A stretch of 64,000 nucleotides of DNA from Aquificaceae bacterium. Lineage in GTDB: Bacteria; Aquificota; Aquificia; Aquificales; Aquificaceae. This document shows positions 1 to 10,300 of this stretch, piece by piece (positions within the stretch are counted from its first letter, which is position 1; each line of letters opens with the position of its first letter). The translations under genes and the position numbers were made by a program. The notes beneath the pieces were generated by a model that was given only the letters and a program-made list of their open reading frames with translations, was not told the origin of the DNA and searched no databases. The DNA lies in contig JAXSNR010000001.1 of assembly GCA_037925075.1 (NCBI GenBank), forward strand, positions 416,001-480,000. The letters are read 5' to 3'.

Positions 1-33
1 TGAGCCAGAAAGTCCCATGACCACCACTATCAT
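1..33 (-). CDS. 5' fragment of a P-loop kinase/AAA-family protein (runs off the window start)
   Basis: Not in the ORF track. ATG at 33 reads MIVVVMGLSGS, a hydrophobic strand leading into a Walker A start; it overlaps the upstream stop codon (ATGA). Confidence 0.55.
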   Translation of the reverse strand, partial: MIVVVMGLSGS

Positions 34-527
34 CTTATTCCAAGATGTTCCAAAAGGGCTGGGCTGTAGCCCTCTATGACCTTGTAGCTTCCAAGGATTA
101 TGTTGTAGGGGGTTCCCTGCACGTTAAGCTTTTCAGCAACCTTTGTATGCTCATAAACAAGCGGACATTCTTTTACCTGTGGAGGTCTTCCGTCAAACCT
201 TCCAGATAGCACCTCATCAAGAGCCTGTAGCTTGTCCTTTGAACAGGCTATGTAGTAAGCTTTGGCATGACTTTCTGGAAAGCTCCTAAAGGGAAGAAGA
301 AAAATGTAAAGCTTGACCTTTTTCAGATGAGGTCTTAGGGCTTGCCACTCCTTCCGACAGTGTCCGCAATCGGGGTTGATAAAGGTTATAAGCTCCCTTT
401 TCCCTTTGCCTACCACGATAGCTTTACTGAGTGGTATTTCCTTAACCTGAGATTTTACAAACTCCGTGTATAGGTCTTGAGAAAAGCCAAGACTAAGAAC
501 AAAAAGAAGCACAAAAAACAGCCTCAT
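30..527 (-). CDS. DsbC/DsbG-like periplasmic thioredoxin-fold protein
   Basis: Signal peptide, FINPDCGHC active site, VQGTP cis-Pro loop. Confidence 0.8.
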   Translation of the reverse strand: MRLFFVLLFVLSLGFSQDLYTEFVKSQVKEIPLSKAIVVGKGKRELITFINPDCGHCRKEWQALRPHLKKVKLYIFLLPFRSFPESHAKAYYIACSKDKLQALDEVLSGRFDGRPPQVKECPLVYEHTKVAEKLNVQGTPYNIILGSYKVIEGYSPALLEHLGIR

Positions 528-535
528 GTTAAAGA

Positions 536-1396
536 TTATAAAAGCATGCTTTTTATTTTGTCCACCACCTGTTTTATTATCCAGTCGGGGGTGGATGCAC
601 CTGCGGTAAGCCCTATTTTCTCCGCTCCTTCAAACCATTCCTTTTTAAGCTCTTCGCAGGTTTCTATGTGGTAGCTTTTTGGGTTTAGGGACTTTGCTAT
701 CTCATAAAGCCTTCTTGTGTTCCCACTATTTTTGCCACCTACCACTATCATAACATCCACATGGGGGGCAAGCCTGTACACATCTTCCTGACGTTCAGAG
801 GTCGCGTTGCATATGGTGTTTATCACCTTCACCTCTCTTGCCCAGAGGGCTATCTCACCGACCACCTCCTTAAAAAACTGTTCATTCTGCGTGGTCTGTG
901 CCACTATGCCTACCTTGTCCTTTCCAAGGACTGCCTTTAGGTCTTCCTTGTTTTCTACCACCGCACCTCTTCCACCGCATTCCTTAAGGTATCCAAGGGT
1001 TCCGATCACCTCCGGATGGTTCTTTTCTCCCACCAGTACCACAAAGTATCCCTCTTGGCTCAGTTTTACCACCGCCTCATGTACCGCCTTCACAAAGGGA
1101 CAGGTCGCATCCACTATCTTTACGCCTTTTGACAAAAGCTCCCTTTCCTTCTCAGGTGGTATTCCGTGAGAACGCACTATGGCTATACTGTTTTCGTCTA
1201 ACTTGCTTTCCTCCTCCAAAAGCATCAGACCCTTATCTTCAAGCCTTTTAACTTCCTGTGGATTATGTATGAGAGGTCCCATACTGAAGACCCTCCTGCC
1301 CAGCTTTGCCTCTTTTACCGCCTCCTCCGCAAGGTTTATAGCCCTTCTTACTCCAAAACAAAAGCCCGCATGCTCCGCGACTATTATCTGTACCAT
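536..1396 (-). CDS. ispH: 4-hydroxy-3-methylbut-2-enyl diphosphate reductase
   Basis: AGFCFGVRRA, DATCPFV, NTICNAT (three Fe-S Cys), QTT, SGNT and TAGASTP motifs. Confidence 0.97.
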   Translation of the reverse strand: MVQIIVAEHAGFCFGVRRAINLAEEAVKEAKLGRRVFSMGPLIHNPQEVKRLEDKGLMLLEEESKLDENSIAIVRSHGIPPEKERELLSKGVKIVDATCPFVKAVHEAVVKLSQEGYFVVLVGEKNHPEVIGTLGYLKECGGRGAVVENKEDLKAVLGKDKVGIVAQTTQNEQFFKEVVGEIALWAREVKVINTICNATSERQEDVYRLAPHVDVMIVVGGKNSGNTRRLYEIAKSLNPKSYHIETCEELKKEWFEGAEKIGLTAGASTPDWIIKQVVDKIKSMLL

Positions 1397-1436
1397 GGCT
1401 TGAAATTATATGCTCCTATATCTGTTTATCTGTGAG

Positions 1437-2282
1437 CTATCTCATGCAAGTAAGGTCCCGCTCAAAAAGAAAACCTTCAAAAACCCTACAAACCGCACCC
1501 TCAAGAAATACCTCTTTTAGGTCGTCGCTAAAGTCTATCCTTAAAAGCTCACCACCTTTTGTATGAACTTCAACGGGTTTTTCCTTTATCAACCCTTTCC
1601 TATAGGCAACTATGGCGGAGGCGGTAGCACCAGTGCCACAGGCAAGGGTTTCTGACTCCACACCCCTTTCGTAGGTCCTTATGCGTATAGCCCTCTCTGA
1701 CGCAGGCTTTATAAAATTCACATTGGTGCCCTTTGGCTCAAACTCCTTATGAAACCTTATGGACCTTCCCAGCTTTACCACATCCAACTTCTCAAGCTCA
1801 TCAACCACCACAACGAAGTGAGGTACCCCAGTGTTTATAAAACTTCCCTCTATCCTTTGACCATCCACATCAAGAGAAACCTCTCTGTAGTCCTTTGGGT
1901 TTGTAAGCTGGACCTTTACCCTCTTACCACCATCAAGAACCCATGCTTTTATAACGCCTGCAAGGGTTTCAAACCTTACCTCTTCTCCCACTATACCCTT
2001 CTCATAGGCAAACCTCACCGCACAACGTGAGCCGTTGCCACACATCTCCGCCACAGAGCCATCGGAGTTAAAAAACTGCCACTTGAAATGGTTTTTTGGG
2101 TCTTCCGGTTTTTCTATTAGTATAAGTCCGTCCGCACCTATACCCGTATGTTGCTTACAAAGGGCCACCACAAGGTCCTTTATATCAATCCCGAGCTTTT
2201 TTATAATTTGATAAACTTTTCCATCCCTGTTGTCAATAACTACAAAATCGTTTCCAGACCCTTGCAATTTGGTAAATTCCAT
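1437..2282 (-). CDS. dapF: Diaminopimelate epimerase
   Basis: GSGNDF, AEMCGNG, GVPH, ERGVESETLACGTG. Confidence 0.97.
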   Translation of the reverse strand: MEFTKLQGSGNDFVVIDNRDGKVYQIIKKLGIDIKDLVVALCKQHTGIGADGLILIEKPEDPKNHFKWQFFNSDGSVAEMCGNGSRCAVRFAYEKGIVGEEVRFETLAGVIKAWVLDGGKRVKVQLTNPKDYREVSLDVDGQRIEGSFINTGVPHFVVVVDELEKLDVVKLGRSIRFHKEFEPKGTNVNFIKPASERAIRIRTYERGVESETLACGTGATASAIVAYRKGLIKEKPVEVHTKGGELLRIDFSDDLKEVFLEGAVCRVFEGFLFERDLTCMR

Positions 2283-2335
2283 GCTATATTATTATATCCC
2301 AATCCCCCCAGCAACCCCATGGCTCACCTCCTCCC

Positions 2336-2355
2336 TCACCCCCTGCCGGGGGTGA
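2336..2355. other. GC-rich perfect inverted repeat in the dapF-hemE divergent spacer
   Basis: TCACCCCC-TGCC-GGGGGTGA, 8-bp stem. Confidence 0.75.
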
Positions 2356-2377
2356 AAATATGCTAAGATATTAAGCC

Positions 2378-3379
2378 ATGCTTCTTTTAAAAAGTCTAAA
2401 AGGCGAAAAAATTCCACGCTTTCCCGTGTGGCTTATGCGTCAGGCGGGCAGGTACATGCCCCAGTATAGAGAGCTTAGAGAGAGGGAAAGGGATTTTCTT
2501 AGCTTTTGTAAAAATGTGGAGCTTGCAAGCAAGGCAAGCCTTTTACCCGTGGAGCTTTTGGGTGTAGATGCGGTGATAATCTTTTCAGACATACTCGTCC
2601 CCCTTGAGCCTATGGGTGTAAGGGTGGAGTTCCTTGAGGGCGAAGGTCCAAGGCTTGAGTGGGATGGAAATCTGAAAGGTCTAAGAAAAATATCCTTTTC
2701 TCAGGTGGAGTTTGTGGGAGAGATAATAAGGAAGGTAAAGGCTCAGGTGAGGGATTTGCCTGTAATAGGCTTTTGCGGTGCACCCTTTACCCTAATGGCT
2801 TACATGTTGGAGGGTGGTTCAAGCAGGGACTTTAAGAAAACAAAGCTCTTTTTATGGCTTTCAGAGGATTACAAAGGGCTTATGCCCTTGCTTGTTGAAA
2901 ACCTTGTGGAGTACCTTTTGGGTCAGGTAAAGGCTGGTGCAGACCTCTTGCAAGTATTTGATAGCTGGGCTATGCACCTTTCTTACGAGGATTTTGAAGA
3001 GTACGCCAAGCTTTATCTGAAAACCCTCTTTGAAGAAATCAAAAAACACACGGACAAGCCCATCATATACTTTTTCAGAGGCTCTGGCTCTTTTCTGAAG
3101 GCTCTTGAAAGCCTCCCTGTGGATGCCCTTTCTGTGGATTGGACGGTGGATATGGTAAGTGCCATGAGGGAAAGCTCAAAAGCCTTTCAGGGAAACCTTG
3201 ACCCTGCGGTGCTTTACTGTGATGAAGAGACACTGCAAAGGAAAGCCCTTGAGCTTCTTTTGTGCATACCAAGAAAAACTCGGTACGTTTTCAACTTAGG
3301 TCATGGGCTTATGCCCGATATGGAGCTTGAAAAGGTAAAGCTACTTGTGGAGACGGTAAAAGGCTACAAACTTTCATGA
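2378..3379 (+). CDS. hemE: Uroporphyrinogen decarboxylase
   Basis: PVWLMRQAGRYMP, IIFSDIL, FDSWA, QGNLDP, FNLGHG. Confidence 0.97.
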   Translation: MLLLKSLKGEKIPRFPVWLMRQAGRYMPQYRELRERERDFLSFCKNVELASKASLLPVELLGVDAVIIFSDILVPLEPMGVRVEFLEGEGPRLEWDGNLKGLRKISFSQVEFVGEIIRKVKAQVRDLPVIGFCGAPFTLMAYMLEGGSSRDFKKTKLFLWLSEDYKGLMPLLVENLVEYLLGQVKAGADLLQVFDSWAMHLSYEDFEEYAKLYLKTLFEEIKKHTDKPIIYFFRGSGSFLKALESLPVDALSVDWTVDMVSAMRESSKAFQGNLDPAVLYCDEETLQRKALELLLCIPRKTRYVFNLGHGLMPDMELEKVKLLVETVKGYKLS

Positions 3380-4497
3380 TAAGGGAAGGTAAGGTAATCT
3401 TAGACCTTGAAATTCCAGAGGTACCCTCTTCTAAGATGCAAGTTTTTTACAACCCTCACATGCGGGGGAACAGGGATTTAAGCCTTCTTGTGCTTTTGGC
3501 ATTACCTGAAGAAAGCCTTACCGTCTGCGACCCGATGGGTGCAAGCGGTGTAAGACTTTTGAGGTTTTTACTGGAGACCAACAAGGTTAAAAAAGCCATA
3601 TACAACGACATAAGCCCCTCAGCGGTGGAGTTTTTTACAAGGCTCTTAAAGGCTCACGGCGTGGAACAAGAGAGGGTTGAAATATATAAGAAAGATGCGA
3701 GCATTCTACTTAGAAAACTTAGAAACTGCCATTATGTGGATATTGACCCCTTTGGCTCACCTGTACCCTTTTTGGAAAGTGGCATATTACCCGTTGCAAG
3801 ATATGGCGTGCTTGCGGTAACCTCAACTGATACCTCTGTGCTTTCTGGAACCTATCCTGAGACCTGCCTTAGAAGGTACCACTCAAAGCCTCTTCTTTCT
3901 GCGGAGTTTTACCACGAGGTGGGACTGCGCATACTTATAAAAAAGGTCATAGAAGAGGGTGCAAAGTTGGACTTTGCCCTAAAACCCATCTTTTCCTACT
4001 CTTACAGGCATTACATGAGGGTCTTCTTTTTAAAGGACATAGGACCAAAAAGGGTAAATAGGCTTATGGAAAAGATAGGCTTTCTTCTGTATTGCAAAGA
4101 GTGCCTTTACAGGGAGGGTGTAGCTTTGGAGGAGCTAAGGCATACCTGCCCATACTGTGGAAATGAGCTTTTGGTCGCTGGCCCCTTGTGGCTTGGAGAG
4201 CTCTGGGATCAAAGGTGGGTGGAAAGCATGTGGGAGCTTAGAGGTATGGTGGATATATGGGAAAAAACCTGCAAGCTTCTAAGATACATAAGACAGGAGA
4301 CTAAGCTTCAGACTCTTGGCTTTTACACCGTACCCTCCTTGTGCAGAGCCTTTCGCATAGGACAACCGCCACCCATAGAAAAGTTTCTTGAAATCTTTAA
4401 CGGCATCAGGACCCACTTTAATCCGCAGGGTTTTAGGACAAGCCTTAGCCATCAGGAAGTGATAAAAAGAGCCCATGAGCTATTACAAAGAGCTTAA
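3376..4497 (+). CDS. trm1: tRNA (guanine-26/27-N2)-dimethyltransferase, archaeal-type Trm1
   Basis: VFYNP..NRDLS, DIDPFGSP, TSTD, CxxC...CPYC zinc ribbon, GPLWLG. Confidence 0.92.
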   Translation: MIREGKVILDLEIPEVPSSKMQVFYNPHMRGNRDLSLLVLLALPEESLTVCDPMGASGVRLLRFLLETNKVKKAIYNDISPSAVEFFTRLLKAHGVEQERVEIYKKDASILLRKLRNCHYVDIDPFGSPVPFLESGILPVARYGVLAVTSTDTSVLSGTYPETCLRRYHSKPLLSAEFYHEVGLRILIKKVIEEGAKLDFALKPIFSYSYRHYMRVFFLKDIGPKRVNRLMEKIGFLLYCKECLYREGVALEELRHTCPYCGNELLVAGPLWLGELWDQRWVESMWELRGMVDIWEKTCKLLRYIRQETKLQTLGFYTVPSLCRAFRIGQPPPIEKFLEIFNGIRTHFNPQGFRTSLSHQEVIKRAHELLQRA

Positions 4498-5014
4498 GGA
4501 CCTTATCCTTGAGCTAAAGGACTGCTTTTTTCTCTCTCCAAGAGACCGTTGGTTTTTGAAGTTTCTTGAAGAAGAGGGCTACCCCCTTGAGGTGGTAAAG
4601 GAAGGTATAAAAAGGTTTTTCCTTTTCCATCCACCGGAAAGAAGGTCTAAGCTACCCTTACACATGAGCTTTGGAGAGATAAAAAGACTGAAAAAACTTC
4701 ATATAAAAAAGCCTTCGGAGGGCATAGATTGGAAAGATAAGTTTTTGAAAAAGCTGAGGCTTGCGGAGGAAATCCTCCAGAAAAAAGTGGAAATAGACGT
4801 GCCAGAAAGCATAGAAAAGGCTGAAGAAATACTCCAAGACCTTGAAGCTCAAATAGCCAAAAGATTGTGGGAAAGCCTTAGCAAGGAAGAGAAGGCAAGG
4901 CTCTTGAAGAAGTTCGCACCCTTTAAAGAAAGGCAAGACCTTTTTAAAGCCATGGTCAAAAGGGAGCTTTTTAGAGAGAAGGGTATAAGGAGTTTATCCC
5001 TCTTCTTGGATTGA
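4475..5014 (+). CDS. Hypothetical protein with an N-terminal DnaD-like helical motif
   Basis: 179 aa ORF overlapping the trm1 3' end, native K/E-rich composition, LSPRDRWFLKFLEEEGYPLEVVKEGI segment. Confidence 0.6.
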   Translation: MSYYKELKDLILELKDCFFLSPRDRWFLKFLEEEGYPLEVVKEGIKRFFLFHPPERRSKLPLHMSFGEIKRLKKLHIKKPSEGIDWKDKFLKKLRLAEEILQKKVEIDVPESIEKAEEILQDLEAQIAKRLWESLSKEEKARLLKKFAPFKERQDLFKAMVKRELFREKGIRSLSLFLD

Positions 5015-5488
5015 TGGAAGAGATTCAACCTCCTCCCTTTTCAATCTAAATCCAAAGGCTTCAAGCCCAAGCCTTTTACCTTCTTCGTCAGGTTCAAACC
5101 TACAAAGATACCAATCTTCCTTCTTACCGATTTTATAGGTACCAAACACATACTGAAAAACTCCCCTCTTCCTTTTCACCATAAGGTCTCCAAAGGCTCT
5201 GAACACAATCTCATAAGGCTTTTGTGTAAGGTCCTCTTCACTGAGCTTAAGTTTGGAAACTACGATATTTCGTATTCTATTTTCAATAAACTGCTTTTTC
5301 TTTTCAGCAAGCTTTTCAAACCACTTTTTCTTCTCCTCAGCCTCTCTTTGGTCTCTTAAACTCGTAAGAAGGGCAAGGAGTATAGCAAGTATCAAAATAG
5401 TAAAGAGCAATTTAACAATTCCCACACCTCTAAACAGCTCGGGAATAAGAAAAAAGGAAGAGCCCCTCCTTCCCCTTCTTGCCCTCAT
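4994..5488 (-). CDS. Hypothetical single-TM protein with a pilin-like N-terminal helix
   Basis: ATGA overlap with the trpE stop; basic N-terminus followed by RG-VGIVKLLFTILILAILLALL. Confidence 0.55.
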   Translation of the reverse strand: MRARRGRRGSSFFLIPELFRGVGIVKLLFTILILAILLALLTSLRDQREAEEKKKWFEKLAEKKKQFIENRIRNIVVSKLKLSEEDLTQKPYEIVFRAFGDLMVKRKRGVFQYVFGTYKIGKKEDWYLCRFEPDEEGKRLGLEAFGFRLKREEVESLPSIQEEG

Positions 5489-6975
5489 CCCTTTTCTTCT
5501 TGGACCAATTCCGCCATGGCGACCGCCTTCATCAGAGCCTTGGCTTTGTTAATGGTTTCCCACCATTCCTTTTCTGGGTCTGAGTCTGCCACTATGCCAG
5601 CACCAGCCTGAAGAAAAACCTCATCCCCCAATACCAGAGCGGTCCTTATGGCTATTGCCATGTCCATGTTGCCATCAAAGGATATATAACCTACCGCACC
5701 CGCGTATATGCCCCTTCTTTCCTTCTCAAGCTCCTCTATTATCTGCATGGCTCTTACCTTTGGTGCACCGGATACCGTTCCCGCAGGAAACAGAGCCTTG
5801 AGTACATCCACCGCGGAAAGCCCCTCCTTTAACTCTCCCACCACATCGCTCACTATGTGCATAACATGGGAGTATTTTTCAACCCTCATAAAGCCTTCTA
5901 CCCTCACGTTTCCGGGCTTGCTTACCTTTCCCACATCGTTCCTTGCAAGGTCTACAAGCATGAGGTGTTCAGCTCTCTCTTTTTCATCGGAAAGTAGCTC
6001 CACTTCTAACCTTAGGTCCTCTTCTGGAGTATTCCCCCTTTTTCTTGTGCCCGCTATGGGCCTTGTTTCTATCCTGCTTCCTTCAAGCCTTACCAAAACC
6101 TCTGGAGAAGAGCCTATAACCTTTAGGTCTCCCAAGTCCATATAGTACATATAGGGTGATGGGTTCAGGTACCTTAGGGACCTGTATATGCTTTCTGGCT
6201 TACCGCTAAACCTTTTCCTAAACCTCTGAGAAAGTACCACTTGAATTATATCGCCCTGCTCCACATACCTCTTTGCCCTTTGAACCGCCTCTAAAAACTC
6301 CTCCTTACTGTAGTTGGAGGACCACTCCTGTATATTGGCTTCCCTTTCAGGGAAGTGTATGGGATAAATACAGCTCGTGAATATCTTGTCTTTAAGGGTC
6401 TGAATTAGCCTAAAAGCCCTTTTGTACTCTTTATCTACGCCTCTTTCCACAAAGATGGGAACCACTATCTTTATACTTCCGCTTAGGTTATCGTGGATTA
6501 CGACCGCATCGCTAAGGACAAAGAAAAGGTCAAAAACCTCTATTGGGTCTGTTTTTTTGTCTTCCACTGGCTCGTAGCACTTTATCACATCGTAGCCCAC
6601 ATAGCCCGCATATCCACCCCAAAATCTGGGAAGCGAAGGGTCATGATAGGGTTTTATTAGCTTGAGAAGCTCACCAAGTGGTTTTAGGGGGTCTACTTCT
6701 CTAAAAAGCCGAACCTTGCCACCTTTGTATATGTACCCTATCCCACCTTTCCAAGAATAATGGAAGCTGGAAGAAAGCACTATAAAAGAATACCTTCCCC
6801 ATTTTATACCCCCTTCCGCACTCTCCAAAAGCAAGCTGTACTTCCAGCCTTCTCTTAGTTTTAGATACAGGGAAAGAGGTGTTTCTGTATCCGCCATAAG
6901 CTCTGTGAAGATGGGAATAAGGTTGTAGTCTTTGGAGAGCTCTTCTACCTGTCTCTGGTTAAGGTTTAAATGCAT
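5485..6975 (-). CDS. trpE: Anthranilate synthase component I
   Basis: LLESAEGG, NPSPYM, PIAGT, EHLMLVDLARND, PAGTVSGAPK, AGAGIVADS. Confidence 0.96.
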   Translation of the reverse strand: MHLNLNQRQVEELSKDYNLIPIFTELMADTETPLSLYLKLREGWKYSLLLESAEGGIKWGRYSFIVLSSSFHYSWKGGIGYIYKGGKVRLFREVDPLKPLGELLKLIKPYHDPSLPRFWGGYAGYVGYDVIKCYEPVEDKKTDPIEVFDLFFVLSDAVVIHDNLSGSIKIVVPIFVERGVDKEYKRAFRLIQTLKDKIFTSCIYPIHFPEREANIQEWSSNYSKEEFLEAVQRAKRYVEQGDIIQVVLSQRFRKRFSGKPESIYRSLRYLNPSPYMYYMDLGDLKVIGSSPEVLVRLEGSRIETRPIAGTRKRGNTPEEDLRLEVELLSDEKERAEHLMLVDLARNDVGKVSKPGNVRVEGFMRVEKYSHVMHIVSDVVGELKEGLSAVDVLKALFPAGTVSGAPKVRAMQIIEELEKERRGIYAGAVGYISFDGNMDMAIAIRTALVLGDEVFLQAGAGIVADSDPEKEWWETINKAKALMKAVAMAELVQEEKG

Positions 6976-7023
6976 GGTTTATATATGGTAGCATAATAGC
7001 TAAATCACGGAGAGGAGGTGACC

Positions 7024-7311
7024 ATGATTAAGAAGACATATCTAAAAAACAAGAACATATGCGTGGTAACCTTTTACGTGAAAAAGATTGATGCTGAAAA
7101 AATGGAGCTTGTGGGTGAGTGGAACCAGTGGAAACCCGAACCCATGAAAAGAAAAAAGGATGGCACCTTTTGGCTTAGCAAAAGGCTAAAAACGGGAAGA
7201 GGCTACAGGTTCAAATACCTTATTGATGACACTTACTGGGAAAACGAGCTGTCCGCAGACCAGCAAGTACCCAACCCCTTTGGTACCACGGACAGCCTGA
7301 TCCTTATCTGA
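7024..7311 (+). CDS. Stand-alone glycogen-binding (CBM48/isoamylase early-set) domain protein
   Basis: LVGEWNQW, YRFKYLID, NPFG motifs. Start placed at ATG 7024 after GGAGG; GTG 7018 is an alternative. Confidence 0.8.
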   Translation: MIKKTYLKNKNICVVTFYVKKIDAEKMELVGEWNQWKPEPMKRKKDGTFWLSKRLKTGRGYRFKYLIDDTYWENELSADQQVPNPFGTTDSLILI

Positions 7312-10300
7312 GAATATCCCTTTGCACCTCCTCTGGTGTGGGAAGCTTTTCTATCCTTTTGACCCTGCTGGCGTAGTACATCACGGGTATGAGCACAAGC
7401 GTGAGGGTTGTAGAGCCGATGGTTCCAAATATTAAGGATATGGCAAGGCCGTTAAATATGGGGTCAAAGATTATCACAAAGGCACCCACTATAACCGCCA
7501 CCGCGGTGAGCAGTATGGGTCTGGTCCTTATAACACCCGCCTCTATAACCGCAAGATGAGGTGGAACTCCGTCCTTGATCCTCTCTTCCGCAAAATCCAC
7601 CAAGAGGATGGAGTTTCTTACTATTATGCCCGCAAGGGCGATAAAGCCTATCATGGAAGTGGCGGTAAAGAAGGCACTCATTATAAGGTGTCCGGGGATG
7701 ATACCTACCAAGGTAAGGGGTATGGGTGCCATGATGATGCTGGGAACTCTAAAGTCTTTAAACCAACCCAGTATGAGCACATACATAACAAAGAGGGCTA
7801 CTCCAAAGGCTATGCCTAAATCTCTAAAAACTTCTAAAGTTATATGCATCTCTCCGTCCCATTTTACATATATGCCATCCTCTACAAGCGGTAGGGACAT
7901 CCAAAGCTCTTTCACCTCTCCGTATGGATTGGGAAGGCTCTTTATCTGGGACCTAACATCAAGGATACCGTAGAAGGGTGCCTCCTCTCTTCCTGCCACA
8001 TCACCTATTACATACACCACACGCCTGAGGTTTTTGTGGTATATGGTGGTGGGTACTGTATCTTCTTTGACTTCTACTAGCTCAGAAAGTGGTACCCTTT
8101 TCCCGTCCCTTGTGGTTATCTGAAGCATCTTTAGAGTTTCAAGGGTTCTGTACCTTTCGTCAAATCTTACAATTATGGGCGTGTGTTGCGTGTCTGTGTT
8201 TTGCATTATACCAGCCTGATAGCCTCCAAGAAGGGCTTGTAGAATATGGACTATCTCTTGCTTTGAAAGACCTGCCAGCTTTGCCTTGTCCTCCTTTACT
8301 ACAAGCTTGACCAGTGGAGCTGGGTCCTCAAGGTATATGCCTTCATCGGTTATGCTTTTACTCTCCTTAAATACTCTTAGCACCTCCCTTGCAAAGTTTT
8401 GCTGAACTTTTAGCTCTGGACCGTAAACCTCCGCCACTATGGGAGATAGGACTGGTGGTCCGGGTGGAACCTCCACTACCGCCACATACTTTGCACCGTA
8501 CCTTTTGGCAATCTCATGGACCTTGGGCCTTGTCCTTTTGGCAAAGTCGTGAGACTGCTCCTCGCGTTTATCTTTGCTTATAAGGTTTACCTGAATATCC
8601 GCAAGGTTTGAGTTTTGGCGTAGGTAGTAGTGTCTTACAAGTCCGTTGAAGTTAAAGGGTGCGGAGGTTCCCACGTATATCTGATAGTCGGTCACTATGG
8701 ACTGTTTTGAGATGTAATCTCCTACGGCTTTTGTAACCTCTAAGGTTTTCTCAAGGGGTGTGCCTTCTGGCATGTCTATAACTATCTGAAGCTCGCTTTT
8801 GTTGTCGTAAGGAAGCATCTTAACTACAACCACCTTTGTAAGCAAAAGCCCGACAGAAAGACCCATAAGGGCAAGAGTAAAGCCATAGAAGGCATACCTC
8901 TTGGGTTTACTGGTAAGCAAGGGAACCATGAGGCGTGAATAGAGCCTCCAAAAGAGAGTCTCCTTTATGTCAATCTCATGTTTTTCGTGCTCTTGGTCAA
9001 ACTTCTTCTTAAGGAGGAGGTAGCTTGCCCATGGGGTGATGATAAAGGCAACCAAAAGGGAGAAAAACATGGCAACGGAGGCGTTTATGGGTATGGGTCT
9101 CATGTAAGGACCCATAAGCCCTGTCACAAAAGCCATAGGCATAAGCGCCGCAATAACGGTAAAGGTTGCCAGTATGGTGGGGTTTCCTACCTCATCGGTT
9201 GCTCTCACGATAGCTTCTCTTGGCGTCTTTGTAAGCTTTAGTTCAAACCAACGATGCACGTTTTCCACCACCACTATGGCATCATCCACGAGGATCCCTA
9301 TGGCAAAGATGAGGGCAAAGAGGGTAACCCTGTTTAAGGTAAAGCCAAAGACTTGGCTTAGAAAGAGGGCAATGGCAAGGGTCACAGGCACCGCAATGCC
9401 TACCACTATGGCTTCTTTAAAGCCCAAGGCGACCGCGATGAGAAGTATCACGGAGAAGGTGGCTATTATGAGCTTCTTTATGAGTGTATCCGCCTTTTCC
9501 TTTGCGGTTTCTCCGTAGTTTCTTGTTATGGTAACCTCCAAATCCTTTGGTATTATCTTGCCTTTGAGATGCTCCACAAGTTCAAGCACTTCCTTTGCCA
9601 CTTCTACCGCGTTGGTTCCAACCCGCTTGGAAACTGCTATGGTAACCGCAGGGAAAAGCTCCCCTGAGCCAACACCTTTAATTCCCTTTTCCTCATGCTT
9701 TGGTCCAAAGCCCATAAAAACGTAATCCCTTGCCTCCGATGGTCCATCTATCACAGTAGCCACATCCTTCATATAAACAGGCCTTCCCTTATAGACCCCT
9801 ACCACGATGTTTTCCACATCTTCCTTTGACCTTAGAAACTCTCCCGTTCTTACCACGTACTCCCTTCCACCTTGGACCACCTTACCGCTTAGAGATTGAG
9901 CATTGGCAGACTGTATGAGCTGGACCATGTGAAGGGGCGAGATGTCGTAGGCTGTCATCCTTTGTGGGTCAAGTATTACACGAACCTGTCTTGGCCTTCC
10001 GCCTACAATAAACACATCCGCCACATTTTGAACCTTCTTTATCTCGTTTTCTATGGCTTCCGCTATATGTCTTAGGTCGTAGTGGTCGTAGTTTTTACCC
10101 CATAGGGTGAGGGTAAGTATGGGAACATCGTCTATGGATTTAGGTTTTATGAGAGGTGGTAGGATTACCCCCGGAGGTGCCAGGTCCATGGCGGACATCA
10201 TCTTGGTGTTGAGGTCCACAAGAGCCTTTACAGGGTCTGTACCCACATAAAAGCGTGCGGTCACAACCGCCATGCCTTCCATGCTGGCGGAGTATATGTA

